Positions 24,731-64,000 of a DNA stretch of 64,000 nucleotides are shown piece after piece. The DNA is taken from the NCBI RefSeq assembly GCF_006345805.1, contig NC_043002.1, forward strand, positions 108,872,001-108,936,000, in the 5' to 3' direction. Source of the stretch: Octopus sinensis (Eukaryota). The position numbers and the translations under genes were made by a program. The notes beneath the pieces are model-generated. The model was not told the DNA's origin, did not search any database, and saw only the letters and a program-made list of their open reading frames with translations. Positions within the stretch are counted from its first letter, which is position 1. Every line of letters starts with the position of its first letter.

Positions 24731-25196
24731 TTGTGTAGTACCTTGAGCAAGTTTCTTCAACAACTGTGTCAGATTCACCAAAGCTTTGCAAGTTAAATTT
24801 GGTTGATAGAAACTGGCAGCAGGCCATTAAATATATACCAATTGGTGTATAACAGCAAAATCAGTACTTTCACTAAAAATGTGAGTTCTGTGCCTTCGTG
24901 CCTGTCTACTTTGCTTTTTATCCTCAACAGTAAGGTAAAACAAATACTGAGTTAAAATATAATTAATAAAAACATGGAACTGAAACCAATAAAAGATAGT
25001 TTTATGAATTAGATTGAAAAAACAGGAAAAAAGAGAAAAAAAAACTGCAATCTCAAAACAAGAAAAAGAACCATAAGCCAAACAAAATAGCTTATGGAGG
25101 GCCTCTGGATATAAATGTGTGTTTATATCTGCATCCCTCATATGATCTTGTATTGGTGCCATCATGAAATGCACCAAGCTCCCTTGGTCAAAAAGG

Positions 25197-60340
<35,144 letters not shown>

Positions 60341-61888
60341 CTGTTTGGGAGAGATTTAAAAAGGACAGAGATTGGTTAACAAAGAAGGAGATGAAAGATA
60401 CCTCAGTACAATGATAAAGAAACGGAGAAACAAAGTACAATGGTAAAGAAACAGAGGTAACATCAAGCTAATGAGACATTTGAGAGTAAACGTCGGCGTC
60501 GGCGACGACGGCGGCGTTTAACGTCCGTTCTCCATGCTAGCATGGGTTGGATGGTTCGACCAGGGATCTGGGAAGCCAGAAGGCTGCACCAGGCTCCAGT
60601 CTTATCTGGCAATGTTTCTACAGCTGGATGCCCTTCCCAATGCCAACCACTCAGTGAGTGTAGTGGGTGCTTTTTATGTGCCACCTGCACAGCTGCCAGG
60701 TAAGGCTGGCAACAGCCACGATCGGTTGGTGCATTTTACATTCCACCGGCACGGAAGCCACTCGAGGCGGCACTGGCATTGGCCACGATTCAGATGGTGC
60801 TTTTTACGTGCCACCAGCACGGAAGCCAGTCGAGGTGGCGCTGGCATCGGCCACGATGCCAGCGCCATGAATCTATATAGAATCTATATAGAATTTTGGT
60901 GACACAGTATAGTCTTTTGAGACACATCACTTAATCTGCTAGAAATAGCAGATAAATTTTCTTCAAGTCACACTTCATATCATCATCATCCTTTAACATC
61001 CATGTTCCATGCTGATAGGGTTGTATTCTTTGACAGAATCTGATGGACTAAGGACTACATTGTGCTCCAGTGTCTCCTTTGTCATGGTCTCTGTGGCTCT
61101 TCATAACACCAATCACTTTACAGAGTATGGAGGGTACGTTTTTCGTACTTCCTGTGCTAGTGACACCACCAAGCAGCTTTTAAGACTACAAACCCTGAGG
61201 AAGGGATGGCTTTATGTTAGAAGATGAGGGGTAAAAATATGAGAGAAGGGGCCAGAAAAGGAAAGGTTTGTTGCTGTAAAGGAATAACATGATCACTCAC
61301 ATTTTAGGAGAGAGAGAGAGAGAGAAAGTGAGAAGGAATTTTGAAATGTGAAGGACAGATTGGACGATGCAGACTTAGGTGCTTCTAGAAAAGATGGGAT
61401 GGTCATTGAAAAAATGGTCAACATAGATATTATGACTATTGTCTGACACTAAAAACATTTGGTGAAGGTTGTTGTTGTTTAGCCCCCAGGCAAGCTCTTA
61501 ATAAGCAGATCTATGATCAGAGACATTTCAGCTCTAACCACTCTGTTGTTTTATTCAGAACTAATGTATGTCGTGGAGGCATATATGCTGAAGTGGTTAT
61601 GGGGTTGGGCTCAGGATTGTCAGGTCACAGGTTCAACTCTCCGACCAGGTAGTGTGTTGTATCCTTGAGCAAGGCACTTCATTTTATGTCGTTCCAGTCC
61701 AATCAGTGGAAAATAAGAAATAATGGCAGCTGGGGGCAGGTGGCGATGGAGGGGGGGTTAACGCTGTGATGGGTTCACATCCTGTTCAGGGAATGAAACC
61801 TATACTCTCTCACATGCCTCAATACCTTGCAAACCTAGACAAGCTCAAACTTCATGAACTTGCAGACTCAAAGAGGATTTATTTTCAA

Positions 61889-62281
61889 CTAGCAGTATCG
61901 CCCGGCGTTGCTCGGGTTTGTAAGGGAAATAACTATAAAGCATTTTTAGAGAGTTATAGCCAAAAGATAGCAAAAAAATGCATTAAAAATGGAAAAAAAT
62001 TATGGTAAATTTTTTTTTAAATCGTTGACTCATCGTAGACATTTTTAGAGAGTTACTTCCCTTATATTTAAAAAATATGCATTAAAATGGAAAAAAATTA
62101 TGGTAAATTATTTTTTAAATCGTAGACTCATCGTAGACGCGCGCTAATACCCAGAAGGGCTCGATATGAATCACGACTATAAGATACCCGGTTTTGGTTA
62201 AACTGCACCGCAAAATGTGGGAGTAGTTAGGAATCTAAATCGGAGTAGACAGACACACAACCTTTCTTTTATATATAAAGA
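61889..62281 (-). mobile_element. Non-autonomous Helitron-type element with an internal duplication of about 95 bp
   Basis: Same termini; segment atttttagagagtt...gactcatcgtagac is present twice. Confidence 0.88.
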
Positions 62282-62515
62282 TTATGTTTATCTCAGACTA
62301 CAGATTTCAAAGACTTCTTCCTTTTGTTTTTAGACAGCTGGCTATTATTTGAGGGAGGTGTGATGGTCATTTTTAACAAATGCAGCAAATTTATAGAAAC
62401 TCCCTAAGTGGGTGGACCTGGAGGATAGATATGAAGGTTCATAAAAAATAGCCATTAATTTCTTCCAGATTTTAATCTTAGAGAGTAAAAACAGATTTCT
62501 TTATATGACCAAACA

Positions 62516-63655
62516 CAGCGGTTCTTAACATGTTCTTTGTAGCCCAGCCCCCTACTTTTAAATGGTTGTTATGCCTAGTGCTCCCTTAAGTGGAAAGTAA
62601 GGTATCATGACTAAACTAACTTAACATGGATGATAATTTATAAATTTTACTCTAAAAATGGATTGATTAAGCTTTTAACAGGAAATGATAAAAAATTAAT
62701 TAAGACAAAATTTTAAAATTTACTTTATACATCGCAAGTTAATGACTTCCTTGTACCTGATGAGATCTCGTTTTATTTTAATTATCATCACTAGGTTTAT
62801 CTATAATATAATTACTACAATAGGTAAAATTTAGTATGCTAACCCTTTTGTTATCAACTCAGCTGAAACCAGCTCTGGCCCTGAATACAAATGTTTTGTT
62901 TTCATAAGTTTTGAATTAAAATCTTCCACCAAACCTTAGTCACAATTTCTGTTCGTAACACCAGCTCAATGATAACTAAGTTATTTTCCTAAATTCTTTG
63001 TTATATCTAAAATTAATTGAAAGAAACACAGAGAATCTCAACAGAAATATGGTAACAAAAGGGTTAAAATATATAAAAGAGAAACAATTCTTAACCCTTT
63101 CATTACCAACCTGGCTGAATCCACCTCTGGCTCTGTAGTACAAATGCCTTGTTTTTTCGTAAGTTTTGAATTAAAATCTTCCACCAAACCTTAGTCACAA
63201 TTTATGTTCCTAACACTAGCTGAATGATAACTAAGTTATTTTACTAAATTCTTTGTTATATCTAAAATTAATTGAAAGAAACACAGAGAATCTCAACAGA
63301 AATATGGTAACAAAAGGGTTAAAATATATAAAAGAGAAACAATTCTTAACCCTTTCATTACCAACCTGGCTGAATCCACCTCTGGCTCTGTAGTACAAAT
63401 GCCTTGTTTTTTCGTAAGTTTTGAATTAAAATCTTCCACCAAACCTTAGTCACAATTTATGTTCCTAACACTAGCTGAATGATAACTATGTTATTTTACT
63501 AAATTCTTTGTCATTAATTGAAAGAAACACAAAGCATCTCAAAGTAAATACAGTAATAAAAGGGTTAATTATGTTACCTCACCTCTACCTAACATCCCCT
63601 TTGACATGCCCAATGCTTTCTTGGGGGGCAGTACTGCCTGTGTTGAGAACCTCTG
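62516..63655. mobile_element. Old hAT/Charlie-like non-autonomous element hosting the MITE trimer
   Basis: Termini CAGCGGTTCTTAAC and GTTGAGAACCTCTG form imperfect TIRs; flanking 8-mers accaaaca and gcctaaca match at 6 of 8 positions. Confidence 0.55.
62839..63568. mobile_element. piggyBac-like MITE trimer (about 255-bp period)
   Basis: TTAA at 63064, 63091, 63346 and 63565; same spacer. Confidence 0.85.
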
Positions 63656-64000
63656 GCCTAACATATCATCTGAGACGTATCAATTGAGAAGTGTCAAGTG
63701 TATTTGCATCAACCACTGATAGGAACAGTGTTGAAACAAGAGACTATTACAGATAAAAGTGACATGGTATGTCAATAAGAGATTGTAGAGTTGCTCTTAT
63801 GCAGAGAGCAGAGACAAAACAAGTGAATCATTCTTTTTGCTTTTTGTTACATAAAACAGTCAGAGGAAAACAATGGCTATGACATTTAGACACACACACA
63901 CACAGAGGGGAGCATATGTATGCATATGTTTATATATGTGTGATATGTACATGTGTGTGTGTGTGTGTGCATAATATGTAATAAGGTTATTGGATACTAC

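Noticed and set aside
24827-25177. 116-aa minus-strand ORF just downstream of the DZANK1 stop
   Set aside because: Lies in the U-rich presumptive 3' UTR, has biased low-complexity composition and no recognisable domain.
60341-64000. Further upstream DZANK1 zinc-ribbon exons
   Set aside because: No CxxC-coding segment with splice sites was found by eye; the region is mostly repeats, so these exons probably lie beyond the window.

Overview
AT-rich, microsatellite- and SINE-dense animal genomic DNA; the repeat families look like those of a coleoid cephalopod, probably Octopus (inference, species not determinable). Two convergent spliced genes were reconstructed by hand. On + is a complete 8-exon mitochondrial malate dehydrogenase (MDH2; CDS join 1289-1369,13118-13370,17288-17397,18473-18598,18810-18914,19690-19761,20463-20615,22901-23035; 344 aa) with NRF-1-like and ETS/GABP-like promoter motifs. 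On - are the last 10 coding exons of a DZANK1-like double zinc ribbon/ankyrin gene (60340 down to 25197; 392 aa in window, including a 25-nt frame-bridging microexon; 5' exons lie beyond the window). The introns hold a 7.6-kb 84-bp satellite with higher-order structure, a 3.3-kb 62-bp satellite grown from a SINE-like module, and tandem piggyBac-type MITE dimers/trimers. They also hold three Helitron-type elements, a solo LTR inside a SINE, foldback elements, LINE remnants (RTE, CR1) and a Penelope-like stretch with two minimal hammerhead ribozyme motifs. Nearly all other ORFs in the supplied track are repeat artefacts. Repeat boundaries are approximate unless TSDs or termini are quoted.
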